In this document: piece by piece, positions 37,441 to 50,100 of the stretch
Layout: every line of letters begins with the position of its first letter
Position numbering within the stretch: the stretch's first letter is position 1
NCBI GenBank assembly: GCA_017654855.1
Contig: CM030333.1
Location: 434,001-498,000 of the forward strand
From: Podospora anserina
Lineage: Eukaryota
DNA: 64,000 nt
Direction: 5' to 3'
Made by a program: the position numbers and the translations under genes
Notes under the pieces: generated by a model
Databases searched by the model: none
What the model saw: only the letters and a program-made list of their open reading frames with translations
What the model was told of the DNA's origin: nothing

Positions 37441-40191
37441 ATTTCATGGCATACCCTGCCGCTCCGTTTGGCCATGTGTCACACTTGCCTGCGACCATCA
37501 ACCCCTCGTACATGGACATTATGAGAGGTGTTCCACTTAAGATGGAGGAAAAGATGGAATCAATCACAGTGGACACGAAGCCACACCGCTCCCCCATGAA
37601 GTCTCCCATGGTCACCCATCCTATCAGCCCGCCTAGCTTTCCCTCGCCACACAATCGGGGTGATATGGGCATGGATGAGTACATGGGTGACATGACGGAC
37701 CCCCAGTACTTTTTGTCGCCCTGGGACACCTACACGATCGGCGGTATCGACATGTACCAAGCTGATCCTGGGACCATCCCGCTGGAAAGGGCCGACATTT
37801 CGATGGACTTTGGCGTAAACGATCTGTCTGCCCCTACATCAGAGCCGATGACGGCGAGTTCCTCGCGCGGGTCACACACCAGGGAGACGAGCATCGTCTC
37901 GGCAGCCGAATATGAAACTACAGTGAGGCAACGGCAACATCAGCATGGACAGGCGGATTTGTCCTTGTCGACCATGCCGACCGACAGCTCCATCCCCGAG
38001 TTTGAGGTTGTGCAGGTGGCCGAAGGGGCGTGGAACCTGGCGCGATGTTTACCGCCTTTGCCCACAACCAACTGCCCACGCACGGCGATTGTGCATCTCG
38101 AGTGCCTGGAGAAAAAGTCAAAACAAGAAGGGACGTGGAGTTCGTTGGAGAAATACCTGGAGCAAGCGCCAGACGTGGCTGATTTGGGGTCGGTGGTGCC
38201 GATCAAGGACCGCACACGTGATCAGCTGCTGGCCATCACGCAAGGATTCCTCTACAAGGCTCTCGACATTCATCGCAGCAGCATTCCGCCCTCCTCATAC
38301 AGGCCTGGACATCCCAACGCCGGGGAACCTTCCAACTTCAACTACATTGTGCTGCCGCCGTCCAAGATTTTGGAGTATTTTTTGAGCAGCTATGTCAGAA
38401 GTTTGTCGGTGTACTACCCCTTGGTCAACGGGGGCGTGGATCCCAATGAAATGCTGCTGCAGGACAACTTGGCCTCGACACTCTTGGTCCTGCTCATGAT
38501 TGCCCAAGGAGCGGCTGCGATGCCCATGGCTGAGGCGCGATACCTTTCGGCTGGCTTGACTGAGACGTGCCGGATTTCGTTATTTGATATTGTCGAAAAA
38601 GACGTCGAGTTGTCAGCAGACCCGATTACTCTGCGGTGCGCTTTACTTTTCCTCGTGCTGGGTGCGTGGAGCGGTGACAAGTGGTTGATGGACATTGCGA
38701 TGGGTCAGCGGGGGATGTATATTTCCGTAAGTTTGAAAATCCTTGTCTTAAAGAGTGTAGAACAAAGCTAACTTGCCACGCCATGAGATGCTCAAACACG
38801 CAAGCATGATGGAGTCGCAGCCTGCCATGATTCCTGTGTTCAACAAGTCCAGCGACCTTGAGCTGGAATGGCACCATTGGAAAGAAAGAGAAAGAAGGAA
38901 CAGGCTGGTTTACAACTACGTCATGCTCGACCAGGAGCTCTCCCTCTTCCACGACGTCACGCCCCTTTTTGCCATCACCGAACTCAAATGTCCTCTCCCC
39001 GGCCCGGAGCCCCTCTGGCAGTGCCAGACATCCGCTGAATGGCTCAACAAGATGCAATCGGCGTACGGCTCCACTGCCAACGTGAACCCCCAGCTCCTCG
39101 AAGCCGCCACCGTGACGCCCTCCCTCTGCGATTTGTTCCAAGACTTCCTCCATGACAACCTCTCCCGCCGCCAGAGCCAAGGCGGCCTCTCGCCCCAGCA
39201 GCTCAGACTCCTCCTCCACCCCATCCAGTCCCTCATCTGCCACCTCCGCCAAATGCTCTCTTGCTTTTCTGACGTTCTCAGCGGCGGTCCCATTTCCCGC
39301 TCGCGCAACCCGGGCACCATCACCCGCTCCTCCACCCAGCAGCGCATGGACGAGGTGCAAACCCTTTTGGCCAAGTGGTATGACATGACGCGGGCTTATC
39401 TGCAAAGAGAACCAAACTGCCCCATAACGCGTTGCAACCTGGTGCTGTACCATCTCATCTCCCTCAACGCGACGGCCAACTTTCCCGAGATTGAAAGACT
39501 TGCCAGGAGGGAAGCGTTTTCGGCCGAGGGCACGGACTGGTCGTGGGAGTTGAATCTGAGGTCGAAGAGGTGCATTTTCCAACGGGATCAGTCGATGTAC
39601 CACTGCGGGCAGGTTTTCAAGTTGTTGAGGGCGATGCCGAACAATCGGCGGCCGGCGTGGTGGAGCGCGGCGATGTATAGAGCTACCATGGTGCTTTGGG
39701 CCATGAGTTTGACTTGGGGGCAGAATCCGGGGTTGGTGGATGCTGGCGGCGCTGGGGCTGGTGTTGCTGGTTCGTCGACGTCACCGGTTATCAAGCAGCA
39801 GAATCCGGAGGAGGGTGGTGTGATTGCCGCGGCGGGGGCGGGGGCGGGAGCGGGAGCGGGAGCGGGAGGAGGGGGAGGGGAACAAGTGGTGGTTATCGAT
39901 CAGATAACTACGGAGGAGGAGAAGAGGGTGATACCGGTTTTGTGGGAGGACTCTACGGTTGTAGCGCTGACGAGATTGCCGCAGCAAGGAGGTGGGACGG
40001 TCGTGATTAAGACGAGGGAAAGCAAACCGGGGGAGTCGTCGGGGGAGATTTTGAGGTATGCGATTCAGAATATTGATGCTGGGTTCAGCTCGAGGGTGGG
40101 GGATGGGATTAAAAGGAAGTTGGAGCAGCTGGGGAAGAACTGGGACGGAGGAGCCGGTTCAGAGGTCCATGGGCTTCCAGTCATGAGGTGA
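36809..40191 (+). CDS. CMR1: Cmr1/Pig1/Amr1-type melanin regulator (two C2H2 fingers + Zn2Cys6 cluster + fungal TF domain), 4 exons: 36809-36932, 36998-37052, 37118-38726, 38788-40191
   Basis: VFCTYCGKGFTRKEHLERHLPQH|TNIKPHVCQFCKIGFSRR|DLLQRHISSLH, then GRTPISCQNCATAKTGCDKKVPCTRCAEKSLHC, CPRTAIVHLE, and WSGDKWLMDIAMGQRGMY. This architecture is characteristic of the Cmr1 family. Confidence 0.9.
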
Positions 40192-43100
40192 GACTGGGCG
40201 GGTTTGGCTTGGTAGGGTTTGTTTGTTTTGGTTTGCTGATTACTTATGAGGATGATCGAAAAGAGAAAATGGGGTCAAATGAAGCGAAGAGCGTTTTGTT
40301 ATGGATATGATTATATTGTTAGCTTTCTGCTTCTTGCTTACTTCACTTCGTTGGCGAGACTGTTTGGGGTCTGCTGTTGCGGACTGGAGTGGACTTTGGA
40401 TTGGCAGGTACTTGGAGAAGAAAACAGATTCCAACAGGGGTATCAGGAGACTCTTTTGTTTTCTTTCGGTTCATACTTAGGGAGGTCAGGAGTTTATGGT
40501 TGATATGAGATTCGGGATGCGAGCGGGCTTTGGCAAGGCAAGCAGTGTCATTTGTACATTATTTTTATTGTTTGTATTCATGAGGCTCAAGAATGTGTGG
40601 CATCTGCCATACGTTTGATGTTGCTGAAGACTATCGGTATTTTCTGGCTACATCTCCGGAGGTCCAAAATTGCTGCTATCGAGTGATAGAGGGGTCAAAC
40701 AGTTTGACCTGGCTTGTCAGAGCCGATGATAGACCTACACAGCTGGGGAGCTCCGAGTAGATAGGTATTCGACAAGTTCTCATCTATTCCCCATGTGACG
40801 TGCATTTTGGCCTGTGTACCTATCTATCATCACAGTGTTGTCGGTGCTTGCCCTCTCTTTCCCCCTGAGAGCAAAGCATGGGAGATGTGATGAATCACTT
40901 TCTTGTCTGTTACATCTAACCCCCATCACCCACCCCCTTCGGCCTGGGGAGGTAGGCTCGTTCCGCTGTTGCTTTTTTTTTTCGCTTCGGGTTGCGACTT
41001 TGCGACAGCACGTTTTGTCTTATGTCAGAACCAAGAAGAATGTTGCACATGATGGTCATGTCAGAACTAACAAACTGTGTGGCTTTGTTCGTGTGATGGA
41101 TGGACTGGGGGCAAAGCGAGCTTCTCGGATGCCGAGTTTGAGCTATTGGGACTTTTGAGGTGAGGGCGTTGATATTGGAGGTTCGGTGAGGGCACTTCGT
41201 TGTGATGGTGGTGGTGTTGTTGGCTTGACTTGTTGGTGATGAATCCATATCGTGGTGTCGTCGTCTTCCTCCGTACGGAAGAAGAGGGAACGGCGGCCGA
41301 ACAACAGGGCTGAATGTCTTGTAGAGTGAGCCGGGCAAAAGGCTTGTCACATCTCACCTGCAACCATAACCACCCATCGGTGAACTCCTGATGCGAGGGA
41401 CTGGATGCGAGAGCGTTGAGTTGTTGCGTGATGGAAGGTGTGAGTCGATGGGATGCTGACGGACATCACTCGCTTACAGGCATATATCACCACGACATCT
41501 CGGTCACACAGTACTCAAAAGACAGTGGTAGTTACCACGTCGGCAGTTGGCGTCCCGGATCAACAGACACAAGTTCATTCCGTTGCGGCGCAGGGAAGAA
41601 CGTGGTCTGCTTTGCAGTCTGGGTGGGAGATTAGGAAAAGGTAGCTGATGCTGCTTACGGGCGAGGTTTCCCAGAGAATGGATAGGGCCAGGCCCGAGCA
41701 CACACATAGGCTTCGGCGGGGGAGGCACAGACATTTCTGGACAGGCGATACTTACTCACATTTTTGGTCATAAGTTTCCTAGAAGGAGAGTCGACGAATT
41801 CTTGGCACCAGCCCAAATTCTTACTTGAAGCCTTCCTGGTGCTTGGGTCCGAACGCTCGGTAGTCTCCAACCCCCCGAAGCACCGGACGAAAACACCCAG
41901 AGATAACATCAACCAACAAACCAATCTGCTGTCACAAGGTCCAGACTTCTGTAGAACGGTCAGCTTGATGAGGCCACTCACTCTTCAGCGTATATATTGC
42001 AAAAATAAGCTCATTGAACACCCCCTTCTTGGCATCACGCATCCAAACTGCTTAAATGCTCTGCATACCAAGCGAACGTATAGGATTGGACGGTGGGGTG
42101 GGGGTTGTATAAAAATGCTGTCTATCACCCGCATGCCAAGACTTTCACTCTTTGCATTTCTTAGAGCCATCCGGGGAGGAAAAAGGGTTTTTTCCCAGGC
42201 GGACGGGGGTAAATTATCATCGGAACATTTCCAACGCTATGCCGCCTGGTTCCTGTCTTGGAAGCTGCTGCGGGGGGGTGCGGGATACCACGCTCTTCTG
42301 AAGCGGCGAGCCTTCTGATTCGGCCCCCCAATGACCTGGTCGGGACGGGCTTCTGAAGAGGTGTGGGTGAATTCCAATCAAATGCCGCCAGTTGTATATT
42401 AGCCAAAGATATTAAAACGGGGGGCATCGGATTAACAAACGATAAGTTGGACACTGCCTCGACGTCTCAACCCAGTTGACAGTCTAAGCAAGGGGAACAT
42501 ATTCGTTCCGGTCTTACTTGCACAAGGAACCCCCTGATCTAATCTTTGTTTTCGATATGAACGGTCAATAAACGAGGCCTCCTCTTTGGCCAGTTCGCGA
42601 CTGCCAACGTATATCCTCCTTTGGGTGGACCGGGCAAGCCAATACCAACGCAAGGAACATGGGTAAAAGAATGCCGTACCATGTACTTGGATTGATAGTC
42701 GAACACCCTCCTTGATGACCACCATGGAACAATGTTCAACAAGGGCTGTCGTGCCCTGTGGTCCCATCTTGGTAGTCTTAAGCGACGAGGCTTATTCGCG
42801 AGGGGCAGTCACCCCGTAGGACGGGAACTCTTGATCCCCAAGATTTAGTGTTGTCTTGATCGATCTGTTGCAGAGCGGATGGTGGTTCTGCACAGACCAA
42901 TGGCTGTGAAATCGTGGAGTCAGGGTTGCAACAGGAAGTCGATCTGCCGCCCCCTGAGATGGGCATTGTGCTTCACTAACAATGTGGTTCATCTTGCCTC
43001 ACTCAAGATGGTCACCTGATACTTTCTGCGACCATCCGAGCCCGATAATGACAAGACTCAGATTAGGTCCATAATATTAGAGAAACCGTGCACGGCAGAC

Positions 43101-46100
43101 TTAGACAACCAGGTGTTGTGGGTGTTGTGTAGGCCGAACGGGCAGTCTCGTCACGATATGATGGGCTGGCGAGAAGGATGCCGAATGAGGACATGCATAC
43201 AACATGGGGAAAGACACAGAACTTGCATCCTGTGTCCCAAGAATGCCTCAGCCGATAGACAGGGGCGATATGGACAAGGGCGGGTGGTGTCTCGGTGGTG
43301 ATAGGGATAGCGGCATTAGCTTCTTGGGGGCTCGTATTGAGATACAGCGAGGTAGCGATGCTGTGTCTAGTCTTGATGGGCCGCGGCCTTATTGTGTTAC
43401 CGGCTCCCAGAGCGTTGGAGATGAGGCAACAGAGATTGCACTCGCTGTTCTCGTGTGCATGCGCAGCCCGGAAAGTCGGGAACTGTGCAGCAGGCGGCCA
43501 AAATCCATGTCGCGATGTTGCCATTCTCCCACGGGCATGCCGTATGATGAGACCCAAACAACTCTGGCGCAGAAGCGGGACGGGGCACGGGAAAACAGAG
43601 CACAACATAGAAGACTCGGCCGACTGTCCGGGAATTCTTCGAGACGGGCCTGGTGATAGCTATCTGTTGGATGCGTCCATCAGGCTAAAGTCAGCCCTCG
43701 CGCATGGAACCAAGCTGCGGGTATGCTATTGTTAGTGTCTTTTCCAATACGTCAATATCAGCGAGATTGCTCAGGCATCCGCTGGAGCGTTTCTGTGAAC
43801 AACAAACTGCATGTTATCTCGAACCCGTTCATGACACGAACTTGTTGCACAGCGAGGCGGCCACCAGACGAGGGACGCCGCCAGAAAAAGGCCCGCTGCT
43901 GTCGACGATCGAAACCGACAACCTGATGCTTGGGACTTATCCCAGCATGCAGGTCGCTTCCTAACGATAGCGTCGTAAATGCAACCCAGAAATCAGCAAA
44001 ATATATCCGGATCAGATGTGCCGCAGCCTCGGTGCCGCAGAGCAACTGGTGTGCGAGAAGACCCAGGCCGGAGTGAACTTAGGGTCTAGTGCCTGGATTC
44101 GGGCAATCAATGGCGATCTGGGTGTTCCAATCGGTCAATTAGGTTGGTCTTCAGGCTGCCCGCGTTGGTGTGGTCGAGTGAGACGCTGTTTTGTTGTTGA
44201 GTTGACGTTGGAAGGTTGAAGCCAGGCACCAGGGCATCTGAGACGTCTCTGGAATCAGCCCTAACCCCGGATCCACTAGCTTAAAGGGGCTAGTGCGCCC
44301 GTGCCTACTCAAACGGTCGATCGTGCACGGATCACATCTTCAAGGCCTGCCCCTGCACGCGGTGTAAATCATCACTGCCAAGCTTCAACATCATCACAGT
44401 ATGGAGTTTGTCGATTCTTGTTCGCATCTCCCATCCCACTCCAGATATCACATCAGCGTTGTTCCTGGATACTCTTTGGTACGGCAGATCTCACACCTTA
44501 CTTCTATATTGCCAATCACATCAGTACTAACACTCGTCTAGTCACCTATCATCCGTATTCCGAACGGACCCGGCGAGAAGAAGAATGGCCGCAAACTGTC
44601 ACATTCCCAACTACCGTGGCCGGAGATACAATCAACGAGTCTTGATGTTTTTCCCGAGCGATTGCTGGGCTAGAGGGGATTATGGGATTCACCACTTACC
44701 TTAGTCTCATGTTCACAACACGGTCCGGACCTCCGTGGGGATCCTGTGACATCACGCCTTGGAGGTTTGTCTGCTTCAGGTCGGCAATTGAAAGTCACCC
44801 TATCGACTCAGGTGCGCGGCTGCTCTCCAGCCATCGGTGTGGTAGCAGCCGAGACCTTGGGACTTCTCCGACTTCTCATGCTCGAAAGGAGTGTCTTTGA
44901 GCGAAGGCTTGGTGTCTTACGGGCCTGGATTTCATCATTGCCATTACCACCCTTGTCGCCATCAACCACTTTTCCCGCGGGCTCGACGCCGGTTCCCACG
45001 GGCCGGACTCACATTCTCACCCATTGTATCAGAGCCATGTTAACGGCATCATATAGGAGTGTACATCGAATGGCCTGATGTATGCTCTTGCTCCGCCTCC
45101 TAAATGCCAGCTACAAGTTGCGGTTAAAAGTGGATCCTCGCCTCGATCGTTTCACCACTTCAACGGATGTCGCATTGTGCTGGTTGAGATGATCTCTTCC
45201 GGGGTGCCAAGCTGTCCCAACCCTCTGTCTTGGAAGCGTTGCCGGGAAGGCCTTCATCTCGCCATTGTCTACACCCGCAGACTGACAGCATCTTGGTGCC
45301 GTTCGCAATATCAAAATCCCCTGCATGAAGAGGACGAGATTGCGGGGGCTTCCTCTTGCCCGGGCCGGTCGTGATGCACGATCTCCATCTGGTCTACCGA
45401 TTAGTCACAGACGCATATGAAGATTCCGCTTTCCTGGAAGGTCTGAAATGAATTGGACACCATCTGAACATCAAGCCAGTTCCGGATTTTGTTCCCTACG
45501 CGCAAGATGGCATCTATCTTGCAGTGGTACGGTGACGAGACCAGCACTCCCCTGTCTGTCGAGGCCTGAAATTGACACACAGCTACTCGGAGAATACTAG
45601 ATCTTGAAACCTCTCTAACCTCTCTTCACACACTCAACTGGTATGCTCGTCCGTAGGACAGAAGCAGCAGCCGGGCCGATATCTGTGGATACATGCTGAG
45701 TAAACACGGGCAACAGGGGTGCCTGTGGTTTCTTTTTCCAATCCTTGACAGTCGAAGGACCGCGCCTCAGTGGTGCACTTGCACGTCGGTGGTAGAAAAC
45801 TTCACTCGCCATCGCATCAAGGAGTCAACACCATCCGATAAAGCACTGTTCTCTCCAGCTATCTCGAAACAGAGTGGGACTATTCATAGGCATATTCACA
45901 ATCAGATATGCCTCGATGTTGATATCCATCTATCTGATAATTACATACGGCTTTTCAGGACAGACAAGGCTTGCGGATCGTTACACTAGGCTGATCCCTT
46001 GTCGCGTTGCGGCCCGCTCTGATTTGTGTATCACCACCTGTCTCTCACCGTCGAGCTTGTCTCTTGGGACGACGGCAATGGAGCCACAGCTACCACGTGG

Positions 46101-48759
46101 TACATGACCTCCCATCGCTTACCTTGCTGCTATCGGTGACGGCTACACAGCGACGATATTTTGAGTGGTGCTGGCAGCCAGTCGACACTCATTGACGTGT
46201 CTTCCTACTGTTTCAGGTCGAGTTGGGAAGCAGTAAGAACAAGGTTCTGCACCCAGTCAAAGGGGGTTGATGGAGAGTAGCGTTCGCTGGTCCCCGTTTT
46301 GTGAAGATAATCCTTGCATGTCCGTGGAATCAATATGGAAAGGGCGCTCTCCATCGTGGTTGGCTCCAGCAGCAAGGTCGTGATTCACAACCAGCCTGGG
46401 CCTGCTATGGTTGCATTTGGCTCGCCACATTCCCTCTTTCGTCTGTTGGCCCCCACCCCTTCACACCACCTAAATTGTGGCTGGCTTCCACACCAGATTG
46501 TCGTCATCGAAGATTCTTCGGGCACAGCAGCCTTGCCAAACCTTTAGACGCCAAGGGGCATCATGGGCACAGGTTTATTGAAGAAGCTGCACCTAGGGCA
46601 GGATCGATCACATTCGCATTACAGTATCTCACAGACCCTGACCACGCGTCCTCGTTGTTGATCCGGGGATATTGGTGTGAGCAGATCCAGCGGCTCAATC
46701 TCAAAGGCTATCTTGCAGCTTGCGTTAGCTCCAGAAAATCCGATCAGTCCGAATCCATAATTCAAGGGTAGTCAGTTATCGTGACTTCTTCGGCCTCGAC
46801 TCGGCCTATTGACACAGCGAGCTTTGACGATTCACCGTCTTTTCTCAGTTGGTCACTCATTGCTTTAAGATGCCCTATGACATCACACCCAGATCCAGGG
46901 CACGAATGCCCGAGGTCGATGCTGACGGCGTCTACAGACTTGCATAAGGTAGGTAGGTAACATCGACACGGCTCTTATCAAAAAGCATTGAGAGCCTGCC
47001 GCTGTGCGCGCTGCTGCTACCAGCTGTCGACGTTGAGGCCTCTGATGGGACGACGGGAAAGTATCTTCACGCCCGATCATCTTCGGCACCCTCTCTGCAC
47101 ATCACGGCCATGTAGTCCCTGGCATGCACCGTAGGCCAGGACCATGAGATACACAAGAGGAAATATCGCGAGTCGATCCAGATCGTCGGGAGTCCCAGCT
47201 GCTGCATGGTTTGTTTGATACTGGGCCGCTTGCGGCACGGGGACCGATGCGACTTGTCTCCGGCCGAGAAGCAGGACGAACTACTGCCGGCAAAACGGGA
47301 CCGGTGGCAGACACACACCACCGGTCATGATATTTGGGTTAAGAAAGGGAAGTTGATCGACAATGATAGGTCCTGATCTAGGTACCGGATCGTGCGAGAT
47401 GCTGGAAACCAGCTTGCCGATCCGTGTCGAGTCCAACGAAGATGGTGTTGTGAACGAACCTTAAAGGTATGCGTCTACATGACCACACACTTATGTGGTT
47501 GCCAAATCACCCCTGACTTCCCCCGCAAACAAGATTTTACTCTCTCAGTATGCAGCTGCTGAAGGCCAGTAGAGGAAAGGAACTGAGCTTGGTAGCAGCG
47601 GCAGCGTTCAGCTACCACAGAGTCCAGGAACCTGGATTGCAACCCTCCCCAACACCACAAAAAGGTTCGAAAAAGCGCTTCAATCATGACGACTTGAGCA
47701 CATAACGACGGAAATCCCTTTTGTTTCCTGCCCTACCTGAAACCGGTGCTATTACTTCACAATCGCGAACCATCTAAAGAAGGCAGCATCGTGCGTCTGA
47801 GCTCGGGGCTCGGGGTTCTTCGCTGGAAGCAGCATGTGGTATTCCACCACCACCACTTTAGAGGAAAAAGAAACAGTGAAACCGAGGAACCAAAGTCTAA
47901 TTTACCTAGCATCTTCCCAGGATGAATAATCCTAGATCAGTCGGCGGCCAGTCTGGTCGTTGAAGATAGCGACAATTCCACAAACGGAGGAGGCATTAAA
48001 ATACAGCTAACCGTGAAGACCAAATTCTCTTTCTACTACAAAAACCTCCAGACCCAGAAAAGAACCCGGAGTTTAGCGCCCCTTTACATGCACACCGTGA
48101 TCGTTTTCTGTCAAATTCCCCTTCTCCCCCAACACCCCAACCAACCAGAAATGTTCCAGACATCCAGCCACCGCCTACCTACCTTACTCACACATGTGTA
48201 GTGTTACTCTACCAGAGCTGAAACCGCTTTCCTTCTCTCTTCCAAACGCAGAATGTCGTCATATTACAACTTCACTTTACTAGCTAAAGCCCGAAACAAG
48301 AATCGCAATTCATTCAAGCTTTTTTTTCTCTCCTTCGTTCTTCTCCAGACAATACTACTGGCAGTGTAGTACCATCATCATCAGGTATCATTCATGCCAC
48401 TTGACAGGTGACCAAATAGTCTGCTGTCATGATACCTTGCCACCACCACTTGACCAATAAATTTGACATCTGCAACATGGCATGAGAATGACAGCCTGCC
48501 ATCCATTGCAGCTTTTCTCGAAAAGAGTTAAAGATCGACATAAAAAACGTTGTAGGTAACACCCTGCGATGCCACACGATAGCCACGATGGAAAATAACT
48601 TCCCTGGTTTTTGATCTTTTTACCCCTGTTGAACTGCATACAGTGAGCGACGATCACTAAGCCCCCTCATTCAGATAAAGAAAAGATAGAGTGCTGAGTT
48701 TTGACACTGTCGATCACAACGGGGGCACGTATCCTATAAGTAGGCTCATCACTTTGTTG

Positions 48760-50100
48760 CTTTACTAGCTACTTGTACTCTATACCGCTTTGTTATTAAC
48801 ACCTTATACATATAAAATAATCTAACTACCTAGTTTTTATCTATTTCTTTTTTTAGTTTATTTTCTTCTAAATCTAACTTTATTTAGATAAGTATTTTAT
48901 AAACCCTTTTTACTATTTATAGTACTTTTACTGTAAATAACGCTACATAGTATTATAGTAGTAATCTACTATAGAATAAGCCTCACGGTGACTTATTCTA
49001 ATAAATAGTATTAAAGATCTGACTTTTAGAATTTATTAGATATATTACTTTTTTATTTAAAGTGTAAAAATCTATATTATAAAAATTAAACATATTCTTG
49101 ATATTAAAAATTTAGTTCCATATACAGGCTTAAAGGCCCTGTAATGGTAGCGCGCTTTAGTGCTTATGGTGCAGCGGAAACTTGCGACACGGTATCTGTA
49201 GCTCACTTTAAGATGTGCGTAAGCTCTAGCGCCTTACAGCGCTGTATGATAGAGTGATAGTAGATGACCTTCTGTATTTACAGCGCTAGCCTTCTGTAAT
49301 ACCACTATTTTACTCTGTAGTAGGATTCGCACTCGTCTTCTACTATATACTTCCCGGGGGCCTTATAGGGCCTTGCACCCCCAACACGCAAATGTGTTAA
49401 AGTTTGCCCTAGAACTCAAATATTTGGCTGCGTTTTGCCAAAAATGTGCTCACGCCCATACAAAACAACGCAAAATCAGTCACCGGCTTACCGTAAGTGC
49501 GGGTAGTTATGGGCTCACAAGGCCACTATTTCTACAGAGCACTTATAGAGCCTTTAGTAGCCTAAATCCAAAATTTAGGCCATTTTAGGCCACTATAGCC
49601 TCCGATGCAAGGCTTCGAAGTTGACTTTGTACTAAGTGGATCCTCGAGGGTGGCGGGTAGGTATGTTGAGGCTATTTTCGCCGTATCCACCAGTTCTTCG
49701 GAACTAAACGCCTTGTAGTATTACAGCAGTAACCTACTGTAAAATAAGCCTTACAGGGACCCATTTTTAACAGTTAGAATTAATTTTAATAAGCGAATAA
49801 AAGCTATAAGTAAAAAAGTAGTAAAAACTATATTTTTAAAGCTAAAGTACAAGTATTAAAAAATAGATAATATAATTAATTAAAAAGAATTAAGATAAAT
49901 TTCAACGATAAATTTATTATTATCATTAATATTATTAAAGTGAAAGCTAAACTTAATAACGGTTTTGATAGCTTATAGAAATATATAGATCTTTAGCTTT
50001 AAATAGTATTAAAGAGCTTTACTTAATTTAATATAGAAAAGTAGATTTCTATAATACAAATATATAAGTATTATTAGTCTTACACGAAAATATAGATCTC
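48760..50100. mobile_element. AT-rich, RIP-like degenerate repeat island
   Basis: Abrupt switch to very AT-rich, TpA-rich sequence (about 48780-49130 and 49760-50100) with no credible ORFs, typical of repeat-induced point mutation. Boundaries are approximate. Confidence 0.75.
49140..49755. mobile_element. Putative solo LTR nested within the AT-rich island
   Basis: A 616-bp, less AT-rich segment bounded by TGTAA...TTACA (extendable to CCCTGTAA/TTACAGGG), close to the composition shifts. The flanking 5-mers GGCCC/GGGAC are not a clean target-site duplication. Confidence 0.5.

Noticed and set aside
48727-48750. ACGTATCCTATAAGTAGG as a Fot1/pogo-type terminal inverted repeat
   Set aside because: No matching inverted copy at the other end of the island and no TA target site.
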